From an uncultured Anaeroplasmataceae bacterium (GTDB taxonomy: Bacteria; Bacillota_I; Bacilli_A; Acholeplasmatales; Anaeroplasmataceae), in NCBI GenBank assembly GCA_947629825.1, contig CANRFF010000002.1, forward strand, positions 25,875 to 89,874: a DNA stretch of 64,000 bases, in the 5' to 3' direction. The stretch's first letter is position 1. Every line of letters starts with the position of its first letter. Positions 1-11,610 of this stretch are shown one piece after another. The position numbers were made by a program, and so were the translations under genes. The notes under the pieces were generated by a model. It made no database searches and was not told the DNA's origin. It was given only the letters and a program-made list of their open reading frames with translations.

Positions 1-1
1 C

Positions 2-472
2 GGATATGTTCAACAAATCGCAACACCGAAAGAAATGTTCGAATATCCGGAAAATATCTTTGTTGCGGGATTTATCGGAACACCTCCATGTAATTTCTAT
101 AATGGAAAAATCGATGAAAAAGTAACGAAATTCATTCATATTTCCGGTGCTGAAATCACTTTGACGAAAGAACAAAAAGAAGTTTTGAAAAACTATGGCG
201 GAAAAGAAGTAGTTATGGCTTCCCGTCCGGATTATGTTTCTGTCAGTGAAGCCGCATTACAGGAAAATTCGGGTCAGACTTTCGATCTGAATGTCGAATA
301 CTTTGAATTTTTGGGTTCCTATAAACTGGTTTACGGTACATTCGGCGGCGAAAGAATTATCGCTAAAGTCGATGGCCGTGATGCGGTAAGTGAAACGGTA
401 ATGAAGGCATGTTTCCAAAAAGAAAAGATGTTATTCTTTGATAAAGAAACAGAAGCAAGAATAAGAAAGTAG
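2..472 (+). CDS. Sugar ABC transporter ATP-binding protein (MalK/MsmX family), C-terminal part; 5' end lies outside the window
   Basis: The frame is open from the window edge. GYVQQIATPKEMFEYPENIFVAGFIGTPP plus a TOBE-like tail matches the C-terminal regulatory region of MalK/MsmX-type ATPases. Confidence 0.8.
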   Translation, partial: GYVQQIATPKEMFEYPENIFVAGFIGTPPCNFYNGKIDEKVTKFIHISGAEITLTKEQKEVLKNYGGKEVVMASRPDYVSVSEAALQENSGQTFDLNVEYFEFLGSYKLVYGTFGGERIIAKVDGRDAVSETVMKACFQKEKMLFFDKETEARIRK

Positions 473-476
473 GCTG

Positions 477-1031
477 GTGAAGAATATGACTGAAAATGAA
501 AAGAATGTTCAAGAAAAAAAGCCGAATCCTTTTGTGAAGTTTTGGAAGGATTGGTGGTTGGGATTCGTTGATTCTTTTAGATACAATCCTTGTAAATTGG
601 CGGGGATTTTGGTTGCTTTACCGGGATTATTTATCGGGTTCTTCTTAGGATATCATAGTAAAATCATTTTCCTTGTAGAAGAAGGAGGAATCGATTTATC
701 CGGATTCTATATGTTTGTTCTGGTATTACTCGGATGTATCAACATATTTAATGGTGTAACACTATCCTCGAAAAGAAACTTGGGTACGGTAATTATGTCA
801 TCGATCTTTACCTTGGCGATTACGGTATTCGGAGTTTTATGGATTGTCGGAATCATTCAATCTTACATTTTGGCACATAGTAAATTCACTATGGTGGGCG
901 GTTATAATCTGAATATCAACCATTATATGAGTATTATTTGTGTGGCCTTGTCTATTATTTGTTCTGTTGCGGGATGTATCTTGGGATTCATCAAGAGAAA
1001 CAAAAACTATAAAAAGGTTGTAATGTTCTAA
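477..1031 (+). CDS. Uncharacterised polytopic membrane protein (about 4 TM segments)
   Basis: 184-aa ORF with four long hydrophobic segments and a Lys-rich C-terminus. It starts 5 nt after the ATPase stop; the start is GTG 477 or ATG 486. No family recognised. Confidence 0.6.
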   Translation: MKNMTENEKNVQEKKPNPFVKFWKDWWLGFVDSFRYNPCKLAGILVALPGLFIGFFLGYHSKIIFLVEEGGIDLSGFYMFVLVLLGCINIFNGVTLSSKRNLGTVIMSSIFTLAITVFGVLWIVGIIQSYILAHSKFTMVGGYNLNINHYMSIICVALSIICSVAGCILGFIKRNKNYKKVVMF

Positions 1032-1624
1032 TGAAAAATGAAGTAAAAGAACAACAAAAAGAGTTGAAGAAAATGGGTGCGGGTTCGCCTGTACCCTCTT
1101 GGCTCATTATTCTTTTACTAAAGTTTTGGGCAGCTGCGGCTGCTGTTTTCTTTAGTGTCATAGCGGGATTGGATATTGGTTTCGATGCCTCTAATTTCAA
1201 TAATGAAAATGTCTATGAAATTCTATGGACTTGGTTTGTAACCATTGTGATGATTGCCCTATTTACGACATTATTTGCCAACTATATCGTTCGGCCGCTT
1301 GTTCGGATGTTTTATAGTAGCCGAAATGATACTTTCCGGTTCAATATGGTCAATGTTACCGGAATCAAATCGTTATTTATCAATTTGGGCTATCATATTG
1401 TTTTGTCCGTTATTTTATTTTTTATAACGCTGTTTTTAAGCAGTCGCGGTTGGGTGTTGGATTTGTTCGGGACCACCGGTGGATCCGGAATCGAACCGAT
1501 TACTTATGGATTGTGTTATATTTTGGTAGACGGAATCTTTTTACTGGGTAAAAATCTGATTATATTCCTTTATAGAAAACATAAATACAAAAAACAAATG
1601 ATGGAGGGTTCCCAACGTGTTTGA
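1031..1624 (+). CDS. Uncharacterised polytopic membrane protein (about 4-5 TM segments)
   Basis: 197-aa ORF. Its ATG overlaps the upstream TAA by 1 nt, and its stop overlaps the GTG start of the GH28 gene. The sequence is hydrophobic throughout. No family recognised. Confidence 0.6.
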   Translation: MKNEVKEQQKELKKMGAGSPVPSWLIILLLKFWAAAAAVFFSVIAGLDIGFDASNFNNENVYEILWTWFVTIVMIALFTTLFANYIVRPLVRMFYSSRNDTFRFNMVNVTGIKSLFINLGYHIVLSVILFFITLFLSSRGWVLDLFGTTGGSGIEPITYGLCYILVDGIFLLGKNLIIFLYRKHKYKKQMMEGSQRV

Positions 1625-3155
1625 AATCATTTTTAAAAGTTCAACAAGTGTCACAATCGAGAAAATCAATCAAGACGTTTACTATACGAAACCGTATGAT
1701 ATCTATTTGAATCGGCAACGGGTTGCGAGCCAAGTCGATAAAAATATCTTTTCTCTTTATGATCTTTTGCCGAATACCGAATATGAATTGGAAATCGAAG
1801 GCGATCGGGTGAATTTTCGGACGGATTTCGAATATGTCTGTCTGGATGTTCGTTTGTTTGGTGCCAAAGGCGACGGGAAAACCAATGATACGGCTTTTAT
1901 TCAGGCCTGTATCAATGCATGCCCTCCTCAAAGTAGGGTATTGATTTCCAAAGGCAATTATTTGGTGGGACCGCTGTTTTTAAAAAGCAATATCACCATT
2001 GAGTTAACCAAAGACGCTCACTTGATTGGCGATACGGATCGCACCCATTATCCCGTATTACCGGGAATGGTCTATACTTCCGACGAACAAGACGAATTTA
2101 ATTTGGGTTCTTGGGAAGGAAATCCGTTGGATTGTTTCGCAAGTATCATTACGGGTCTGGGAATCGAAAATACGAAGATCATCGGGGAAGGTACGATTGA
2201 CGGAAATGCTCAGAATGCGGATTGGTGGAAAGAACCGCGAATCAAACGAATCGCATGGCGTCCGCGGGGAGTCTTTTTGAATCATTGCCGGAACGTCACT
2301 TTTCAGGGAGTTATGGTAACGAATACGCCGTCTTGGAATTTACATCCTTATTTTTCCGAACATATTCGTTTTATCGATATGAGATTGGTCAGCCCTAAAA
2401 ATTCTCCGAATACCGACGGTTGCGACCCGGAATCATGTACGGGAGTAGATATACTCGGCGTGTATTTCAGTGTGGGAGATGATTGCATTGCGATCAAATC
2501 CGGAAAAATTTTTATGGGAAGAAAATATAAGTTACCGTCTTCGGAATTCAATATTCGAAATTGTTCGATGAACTTCGGTCACGGAGCCGTAGTGCTGGGA
2601 AGTGAAATGAGTGGCGGAATGAGAGATATCAAAGTTTCTCAATGTTTATTCAATCAAACGGATCGGGGATTACGGATTAAAACTCGTCGTGGACGTGGAA
2701 AAGATGCCGTCATCGACGGAATTACTTTTGAAAATATCAAGATGACGGACGTTTTGACGCCTTTGGTCATCAATATGTTCTATTTTTGCGATCCGGACGG
2801 TCATACGGAATATGTTTATTCCAAAGAAATCTTACCGGTCGATGAACGAACTCCTTATTTGGGGAAATTTGTATTTAAAAATATCGATTGTACCAATGTC
2901 AATGTGGCTGCGGGGACGTTTTACGGACTTCCGGAACAGCCGATCGATTCGATTGAAATCGAAAATGTTTCTTTTCATTATGCGGAAAATCCTGTGGAGG
3001 GAACTCCGGCAATGATGGACTTTTTAAGTCCGATGAAAGGACAGGGATTGATTTTTAACAACGTCAATCAAGTTCGGATGAAAAACGTATGTTTTGACGG
3101 AGTACAATCGGAAGAAGTTCAGGCAGAACAGGTAAAAAAATTTCACAGAAGTTGA
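1617..3155 (+). CDS. Glycoside hydrolase family 28 (exo-polygalacturonase-like), no signal peptide
   Basis: All four GH28 signature blocks are present: NSPNTDGCDP, GDDCIAIKSG, NFGHGAVVLGSE and RGLRIKTRRG. The N-terminal beta-sandwich-like extension is typical of exo-acting enzymes. Confidence 0.85.
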   Translation: MFEIIFKSSTSVTIEKINQDVYYTKPYDIYLNRQRVASQVDKNIFSLYDLLPNTEYELEIEGDRVNFRTDFEYVCLDVRLFGAKGDGKTNDTAFIQACINACPPQSRVLISKGNYLVGPLFLKSNITIELTKDAHLIGDTDRTHYPVLPGMVYTSDEQDEFNLGSWEGNPLDCFASIITGLGIENTKIIGEGTIDGNAQNADWWKEPRIKRIAWRPRGVFLNHCRNVTFQGVMVTNTPSWNLHPYFSEHIRFIDMRLVSPKNSPNTDGCDPESCTGVDILGVYFSVGDDCIAIKSGKIFMGRKYKLPSSEFNIRNCSMNFGHGAVVLGSEMSGGMRDIKVSQCLFNQTDRGLRIKTRRGRGKDAVIDGITFENIKMTDVLTPLVINMFYFCDPDGHTEYVYSKEILPVDERTPYLGKFVFKNIDCTNVNVAAGTFYGLPEQPIDSIEIENVSFHYAENPVEGTPAMMDFLSPMKGQGLIFNNVNQVRMKNVCFDGVQSEEVQAEQVKKFHRS

Positions 3156-3206
3156 AAAAAAGAATGTTTACAAATGTCGAAAAGACAAATGTAAACATTC
3201 TTTTTA
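3156..3206 (+). terminator. Rho-independent terminator after the GH28 gene
   Basis: AGAATGTTTAC (3161-3171) pairs with GTAAACATTCT (3191-3201). An A-run lies on the 5' side and TTTTT on the 3' side. Confidence 0.7.
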
Positions 3207-3247
3207 TATGTGGAAAATAAAAAAAAGGCAAAAGTCTTGAAAAGATT

Positions 3248-3276
3248 TTGATAGACGGGACAAAATATGATATAAT
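3248..3276 (+). promoter_or_regulatory. Sigma-A type promoter for rpiB-upp-atp
   Basis: TTGATA (3248-3253), a 17-nt spacer, then TATAAT (3271-3276), about 22 nt upstream of the rpiB start. Confidence 0.6.
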
Positions 3277-3298
3277 GATAAAGACATGGGGTGAAAAT

Positions 3299-3754
3299 AT
3301 GAAAATTGCGATCGGATCCGATCATTCCGCTCTGGAACTGAAAAATCATCTTGTGGAATATCTGACTGCTTGCGGTCATGAGGTGATTGATCATGGTACG
3401 ATGACCAAAGAAAGTTGCGACTACAATGATTACGGAATTTTGGTGGCCAAAGACGTTCAGGCACATCGTGTGGATCGGGGAATCGTATTATGTTTTACCG
3501 GAATCGGTATGTCGATTGTGGCAAACAAAGTAAAAGGAGTTCGTTGCGCATTGGTAAACGATGCGGAAGCGGCGGAATTGACGAGAGAACACAATGACTC
3601 GAATTGTCTGGCACTGTCGGCAAGACTTTTGTCTTGGAGTCAAGCGGAAGAAATCGTAACCGTTTGGTTGAAATCTCCTTTTTCAACAGAAGAACGACAT
3701 CAAAGAAGAGTCCGTAAAATTTTAAAATTAGAGGAGGAAGAATATGGCTGTTAA
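3299..3754 (+). CDS. rpiB: Ribose-5-phosphate isomerase B
   Basis: MKIAIGSDHSALELK...CGTGIG-like (FTGIGMS)...NDSN match the RpiB/LacAB family. The start was moved to ATG 3299, which follows a GGGGTGA RBS. Confidence 0.9.
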   Translation: MKIAIGSDHSALELKNHLVEYLTACGHEVIDHGTMTKESCDYNDYGILVAKDVQAHRVDRGIVLCFTGIGMSIVANKVKGVRCALVNDAEAAELTREHNDSNCLALSARLLSWSQAEEIVTVWLKSPFSTEERHQRRVRKILKLEEEEYGC

Positions 3755-4370
3755 GATTTTAAATCATCCTTTAATCGATCATAAATTAACGCATATTCGC
3801 AAAGAAAGTACACCGACATCCGAATTTTTTCATAATGTGGAAGAAATTGCCGAATTGATGGCGTATGAAATTACGAAGAATTATCCGACGAAAGAAGTTT
3901 CCATAGAAACTCCGATCGGTCTTACTCGGCAGAACGTGTTGGATTGCGAGATCGTGATTGTTCCGATTTTAAGAGCCGGGTTGGGCTTTTCGGACGGATT
4001 GAGAAAAGTCATTCCGGAAGCAAAAATCGGGATTGTCGGATTGTATCGTGATGAAAAGACACTTCAACCGCAACAGTATTATCTGAAATTTCCCAAAAAT
4101 ATCTCTTCTGCCAAAGTGATTTTGGTAGATCCGATGTTGGCTACGGGAGGAAGTGCTCTTGCGGGGATTCAACTGTTGAAAGAATACGGTTGTAAAGATA
4201 TTGTTTATGTCGGTTTGGTCGGGGCTCCCGAAGGAGTAACGGCCGTAACGACGAAATATCCGGAGGTAGATATTTATCTGGCGGCACTCGATGAGAAGTT
4301 GAATGAGAAAGGATATATTGTACCGGGTTTGGGAGATTGCGGAGACCGTTATTTCGGGACAGTGGAATGA
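3744..4370 (+). CDS. upp: Uracil phosphoribosyltransferase
   Basis: 208 aa. It has the PRPP-binding loop VILVDPMLATGGS and the C-terminal motif YIVPGLGDCGDRYFGT. Confidence 0.95.
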   Translation: MAVKILNHPLIDHKLTHIRKESTPTSEFFHNVEEIAELMAYEITKNYPTKEVSIETPIGLTRQNVLDCEIVIVPILRAGLGFSDGLRKVIPEAKIGIVGLYRDEKTLQPQQYYLKFPKNISSAKVILVDPMLATGGSALAGIQLLKEYGCKDIVYVGLVGAPEGVTAVTTKYPEVDIYLAALDEKLNEKGYIVPGLGDCGDRYFGTVE

Positions 4371-4606
4371 AATTCGGTAAATGGATAAAGTATTATGTGG
4401 TAGCAACGCAGGGAATCGTAACGATCGTTGTTCTATTGTTGTTGGGATTTTGGTTGGGAAGATATATTGATAAAGATTCTTTTTGGCCGGGATTGTTGGC
4501 GGCTTTGGGAGCGATTTGCGGTCTGGTCAGTTTTGTTTACCTGCTTTTACGAATGTTAAAAGAGGAGGGAAAACGAAAAAATGGAATCCAAAAAACAGAT
4601 CATTGA
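4367..4606 (+). CDS. AtpZ/AtpI-family small membrane protein (putative F0F1 accessory protein)
   Basis: Two-TM protein of about 79 aa beginning MKFGKW, with an ATGA overlap on the upp stop. It sits immediately upstream of atpI/atpB, as in many Bacillota. Confidence 0.6.
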   Translation: MKFGKWIKYYVVATQGIVTIVVLLLLGFWLGRYIDKDSFWPGLLAALGAICGLVSFVYLLLRMLKEEGKRKNGIQKTDH

Positions 4607-5000
4607 CGCCATAGTCGTTCCGATTTCTTGGGTGGTAGCCGCCATTGTCGCAACTTGTTTGGGCTGTTGCGGATATGATTGGTTGGCGTATCTGATCGGA
4701 GTTTTTACCGGATTGTTGAATTACGGCATTATGGTAAAAACCAATCGCAAAATGGTACGAATGGCCGAACTTTATCCGGAAACGGCCAAAATCCTTGCGA
4801 AAAGAACCGCTTGGACCGGTGTTTTATTGAGAATGTTGGTTTTTATGGGTGTATTCTTGGCTCTTTTCTTTAAAGAGGTATATCGACAGGAAGAAGTTAA
4901 AATGTGGATTCTGTTGATTGCGTTTTCGGGATATATGACCATAAAAGTCGTTTTGATTGCGGTATATCTTATTTTCAGAAAGAAGGTGAATACTAATTGA
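4581..5000 (+). CDS. atpI: ATP synthase protein I
   Basis: 139-aa four-TM protein directly preceding atpB. Both position and topology are typical of AtpI. Confidence 0.65.
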   Translation: MESKKQIIDAIVVPISWVVAAIVATCLGCCGYDWLAYLIGVFTGLLNYGIMVKTNRKMVRMAELYPETAKILAKRTAWTGVLLRMLVFMGVFLALFFKEVYRQEEVKMWILLIAFSGYMTIKVVLIAVYLIFRKKVNTN

Positions 5001-5686
5001 GTGAGTTTTGGCGAAGCTTTTGTGATTTGGGAACCATTCCGAAACCGGTAGCCTCGACCATCATTATTGTAGTTGTGCTTAGCATTGTGGTTGTGTTATT
5101 GAGTTTTAAAATCAAAAAAGTTGACCCGTTGAAAAAACTTCCTTTATGGTTGACTCCGATTGTATTGGTAGTGGACATTGTCAATAATTTTATCAAACAG
5201 AATATCGGGAAAAGATGGAAATTCTTTGCGTCATGGTATTTCAGTATTGCGGTATTCATCTTTTTGTCGAATATTTCCGCAGTATATTTATTGGAAAATC
5301 CGACGAGTTATATTATGATTACAGCGGCATTGGCGATTTCTTCCTTTTGCATTATTCAATTTGCGGGGATTGTCTCCAATGGCTTTTTGGGATATCTGAA
5401 AGGATTTTTATCGCCGACGCCGGTCATGCTTCCGATGAATATCATCAGTGAGTTTTCACTGCCGATTTCACTGTGTTTGCGTCTGTTTGGAAATATTGTC
5501 AGCGGATCGGTCATTTCGATTCTGATTAAAGGATTTTTAGGGTGGTCGGCAACCATTGTGATGCCATTTATCAATGTGGTATTCGATATTGGGTTTGGAT
5601 TGATCCAAACGATTGTATTTGTGATTTTATCGATTATATTTACATCGATGAAAATCAATGACGAAGAAAAGATTTATAGTTATTAG
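4997..5686 (+). CDS. atpB: F0F1 ATP synthase subunit a
   Basis: 229 aa. It carries the conserved LSLCLRLFGNIVSG block containing the essential Arg. It uses a TTG start that overlaps the atpI stop. Confidence 0.9.
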   Translation: MSEFWRSFCDLGTIPKPVASTIIIVVVLSIVVVLLSFKIKKVDPLKKLPLWLTPIVLVVDIVNNFIKQNIGKRWKFFASWYFSIAVFIFLSNISAVYLLENPTSYIMITAALAISSFCIIQFAGIVSNGFLGYLKGFLSPTPVMLPMNIISEFSLPISLCLRLFGNIVSGSVISILIKGFLGWSATIVMPFINVVFDIGFGLIQTIVFVILSIIFTSMKINDEEKIYSY

Positions 5687-5700
5687 AAGGAGAAAAGAAA

Positions 5701-5985
5701 ATGAACGTATTAACAACAGTATTGAATTTTTTAGCAGAAGAAGGGGGTTCCTTCAATGAATTTTTCCGTAGCGGTATGGCTTATATCGGTGCCGCCATTG
5801 CGGTATTCACGGGATTTGCGGCTGCGCTCGGAGAAGGAAATGTCGCTGCCAAAGCAGTAGAGGCCATCGGTCGTCAACCGGAGGCTTCCGGAAAAATCAC
5901 CATAACGATGTTAATCGGACAAGCCGTATCCGAAACGACAGGTCTTTATGGGTTTATTGTTGCGTTGATGTTGTTAGGTAAGTAA
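5701..5985 (+). CDS. atpE: F0F1 ATP synthase subunit c
   Basis: 94-aa hairpin protein with the RQPE loop and the ion-binding Glu in QAVSETTGLYG. Confidence 0.95.
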   Translation: MNVLTTVLNFLAEEGGSFNEFFRSGMAYIGAAIAVFTGFAAALGEGNVAAKAVEAIGRQPEASGKITITMLIGQAVSETTGLYGFIVALMLLGK

Positions 5986-6023
5986 AAAGAAAGGAAGATT
6001 GTTTGAAACAATCGTAACGAAAA

Positions 6024-6575
6024 ATGGATGAGATTTTAAACAGTATCGCCGATTTGGTAAATCGTTGTTTAGGACCTCTTACATCAATGAAAATCACCGG
6101 CGGTGATGTCCGTGATCTTTTGATACAGTTATTTGCGACCATTCTTTTGTTTGTGATCATTCGTTTCTTTTTATGGAAACCGATTACGAATATTCTGGAA
6201 AAAAGACGTGAGGCCATCGATGAAGCATTGGAAAGCGCCAAAGCATCGAAAGAACACGCCAAAGAATTGGAAGATTCGTTGGCCACGGAATTGTTGGAAG
6301 CCAAACAAAAAGTCAAAGATTTACTGGACAAAGCCGAAAAAGACGGAAATTTAAGAAGAGAACAACTGATTCGGGAGGCTCAGGAAGAAGCCCGGAGACG
6401 TCTTGAGAACTTGGAAATCGAGTTAGAGCAAGAGAAAAACAATATGCAGAAACAAATTCGTGAAGAAATCATTGAAATTGCCTTTGCGGCCGCAGAAAAG
6501 ATTGTGGCCAAAGAAATCGATCAGAATCAATATCTGAATGTGATTGATGAGATTTTGAAGGAGGCAAAAGAGTGA
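6024..6575 (+). CDS. atpF: F0F1 ATP synthase subunit b
   Basis: One N-terminal TM segment followed by a long charged coiled coil, in the expected operon position. Confidence 0.9.
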   Translation: MDEILNSIADLVNRCLGPLTSMKITGGDVRDLLIQLFATILLFVIIRFFLWKPITNILEKRREAIDEALESAKASKEHAKELEDSLATELLEAKQKVKDLLDKAEKDGNLRREQLIREAQEEARRRLENLEIELEQEKNNMQKQIREEIIEIAFAAAEKIVAKEIDQNQYLNVIDEILKEAKE

Positions 6576-7090
6576 TTGAATACGAATATGCCAAAGCATT
6601 GTTCGATTTGTCAATCGAAGAGAACAAGGTCGAACTTTTCTTGGAACAATTGGAAAATATCAATGATGTAATGAGTCAGGAACAACCTTTTTCGGAAGTG
6701 ATGACTTCCCCTTTGGTTCATTTGAAAAAGAAAAAGGAAATATTGGATTTGGTTTTTAAAAACTTTGATGAAACCTTACAGAATTATTTGTATATTTTGG
6801 TTAAACATCAACGTTTTTCCCTTTTGCCGAACATCGAAAAGGAATACCGGAAAATGTTCAAGGAGTATCGCAAGATTTTGTCGATACAAATTATCAGTTC
6901 CGTTCCTTTGGATGCAAAACAATTCCGGCAGGTCGAAAAAAGGTTGAATCAAAGATACCCAAATCAAACGTTAAATATCAAAAATACAGTAGATCCTAAA
7001 ATTTTAGGCGGAATGCAAATCATATGTAACGGAGAACGTTTGGATATGAGTTTGAAAAACCAACTGCTGAAATTGAAGGAATCTCTTTAA
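6572..7090 (+). CDS. atpH: F0F1 ATP synthase subunit delta
   Basis: 172 aa in the OSCP-like position between b and alpha. The C-terminal GG.I..G....D.S motif is present. Confidence 0.85.
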   Translation: MIEYEYAKALFDLSIEENKVELFLEQLENINDVMSQEQPFSEVMTSPLVHLKKKKEILDLVFKNFDETLQNYLYILVKHQRFSLLPNIEKEYRKMFKEYRKILSIQIISSVPLDAKQFRQVEKRLNQRYPNQTLNIKNTVDPKILGGMQIICNGERLDMSLKNQLLKLKESL

Positions 7091-7101
7091 GGAGATAAAG
7101 T

Positions 7102-8610
7102 ATGGCAAATATCAATTTATCGGAAATATCCAGTTTGATTAAAGAACAAATCAAAGCATATAAAGAAGAAGTACATACGGAAAATATCGGACATGTCGTC
7201 GAAGTCGGAGACGGAATTGCGATTATTTACGGATTGGATAAGGCAATGTCTTCCGAATTGTTGGTTTTCCCGAATGATGTTTACGGAATGGTACAGGATT
7301 TATCACGAGATAGTGTCGGAGCCATTTTATTGGGAGATTCTTCTTTGGTAAAAGAAGGAGATCCGGTGAAATGTACCGGCAGAATTCTCGAAATTCCCGT
7401 GGGAGAACAGTTTATCGGCAGAGTTATCAATCCGTTGGGACAGGCACTGGACGGAAATGGTTCGGTTCCTTATGAACACACTCGCCCGATTGAAGTCAAA
7501 GCAACCGGCGTTATGGATCGTAGCAGTGTAAAAACGCCGTTACAGACGGGAATCAAAGTTTTGGATGCGTTGGTTCCGATCGGACGGGGTCAAAGAGAGT
7601 TGATTATCGGCGATCGTCAGACGGGGAAGACGGCCATTGCGGTCGATACGATTCTGAATCAGAAAGGAAAAGACGTCATTTGTATTTATGTGGCGATCGG
7701 TCAAAAAGAATCGACGGTTTCCGGAGTATATGAAACGTTGAAAAATGCTCAGGCAATGAATTATTCGATCATTGTTTCCGCATCGGCTTCGAATCCGGCG
7801 CCGTTATTGTATCTGGCTCCGTATGCCGGTGTTTCCATGGCGGAATATTTTATGTTTCAGGGAAAAGATGTGCTGATTGTTTACGATGATTTATCGAAAC
7901 ATGCGGTGGCCTATCGGGAGTTATCCCTGTTGTTACATCGTCCGCCGGGAAGAGAAGCATATCCGGGAGATGTATTCTATCTGCATTCCCGTTTGTTGGA
8001 ACGTGCGGCGAAATTGAACGATCGCTTGGGTGGCGGAAGCATTACGGCACTGCCGATCATCGAAACGCAGGCGGGAGATATCTCGGCCTATATTCCGACC
8101 AATGTCATTTCCATTACCGACGGTCAGATTTTCTTGCAATCGGATTATTTTTACAAAGGAATCCGGCCGGCAATCAATGCGGGATTATCGGTATCCCGTG
8201 TCGGTGGTGCGGCTCAGACGAAAGCGATCAAAAAGGTTTCCGGAACATTGCGATTGGATTTGGCGTCCTACAGAGAATTGGAGTCGTTCACGCAGTTCGG
8301 TTCGGATCTGGATGCATCGACCAAAGCAAGATTGGATCGTGGGCGTAGAACTCAGGAAATTTTGAAACAGGGACTTCACCAACCTCTTGCGATGGAAGAA
8401 GAAGCGATGATTTTGTATTGTCTGACTTCCGGTGCGTTGGATTCGATTGCGGTGGAAGATCTTGCGAAATTCGAAGAACAACTGTATCTGGATATGAAAA
8501 TCGATCCGACGGGAAAAGCGTTGGCCAAAGAAATTCAAACGACGAAAAGTCTTCCGGATACGCAGAAGTTGGATCAATATATTTCCGCATTTAAGAAGAA
8601 ATTTGAGTAA
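7102..8610 (+). CDS. atpA: F0F1 ATP synthase subunit alpha
   Basis: Walker A motif GDRQTGKT, and a highly conserved alpha-subunit sequence throughout. Confidence 0.98.
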   Translation: MANINLSEISSLIKEQIKAYKEEVHTENIGHVVEVGDGIAIIYGLDKAMSSELLVFPNDVYGMVQDLSRDSVGAILLGDSSLVKEGDPVKCTGRILEIPVGEQFIGRVINPLGQALDGNGSVPYEHTRPIEVKATGVMDRSSVKTPLQTGIKVLDALVPIGRGQRELIIGDRQTGKTAIAVDTILNQKGKDVICIYVAIGQKESTVSGVYETLKNAQAMNYSIIVSASASNPAPLLYLAPYAGVSMAEYFMFQGKDVLIVYDDLSKHAVAYRELSLLLHRPPGREAYPGDVFYLHSRLLERAAKLNDRLGGGSITALPIIETQAGDISAYIPTNVISITDGQIFLQSDYFYKGIRPAINAGLSVSRVGGAAQTKAIKKVSGTLRLDLASYRELESFTQFGSDLDASTKARLDRGRRTQEILKQGLHQPLAMEEEAMILYCLTSGALDSIAVEDLAKFEEQLYLDMKIDPTGKALAKEIQTTKSLPDTQKLDQYISAFKKKFE

Positions 8611-8621
8611 GGAGGATTGTT

Positions 8622-11292
<2,671 letters not shown>

Positions 11293-11294
11293 AA

Positions 11295-11492
11295 ATGAAT
11301 ATTCTTTATCCGGCGTTGTTTTGTATCTTTTTCGTTTCGGTGTTTCTTATTCTTCAGGCAACGAGATTGGAAGAATTTTTCAAACAGGGAAAAATTTGGC
11401 AAATCCGGTTTACTTATCTGATCCTTTCTTTTGTCATTTCTTATTTGTTGACATCGGGACTGAATTATTTAATTGACTTTATCGGAAAGTGA
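11295..11492 (+). CDS. Small membrane protein, DUF1146/YwzB-like
   Basis: 65-aa two-TM protein immediately after atpC, the position ywzB holds in B. subtilis. Confidence 0.55.
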   Translation: MNILYPALFCIFFVSVFLILQATRLEEFFKQGKIWQIRFTYLILSFVISYLLTSGLNYLIDFIGK

Positions 11493-11516
11493 GAAGGAAT
11501 TTCTCACTTTTTTTGT
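11486..11516 (+). terminator. Rho-independent terminator of the atp operon
   Basis: GTGAGAA (11489-11495) pairs with TTCTCAC (11501-11507) and is followed by TTTTTTT. Confidence 0.7.
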
Positions 11517-11564
11517 TTTCAAAAACCCAAACAAAAAGAAATCAATAAAAAAATCGAAAAAAAT

Positions 11565-11593
11565 GAATAAGCCTTAAAAAGCAGACCATACTA
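11565..11593 (+). promoter_or_regulatory. Candidate forespore (sigma-G/sigma-F type) promoter
   Basis: GAATA (11565-11569), a 17-nt spacer, then CATACTA (11587-11593). This matches the GHATR / CATXHTA consensus. Caveat: the predicted transcription start falls at or inside the GAGGTG RBS. Confidence 0.4.
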
Positions 11594-11610
11594 CTAGTGA
11601 GGTGAAAGAA

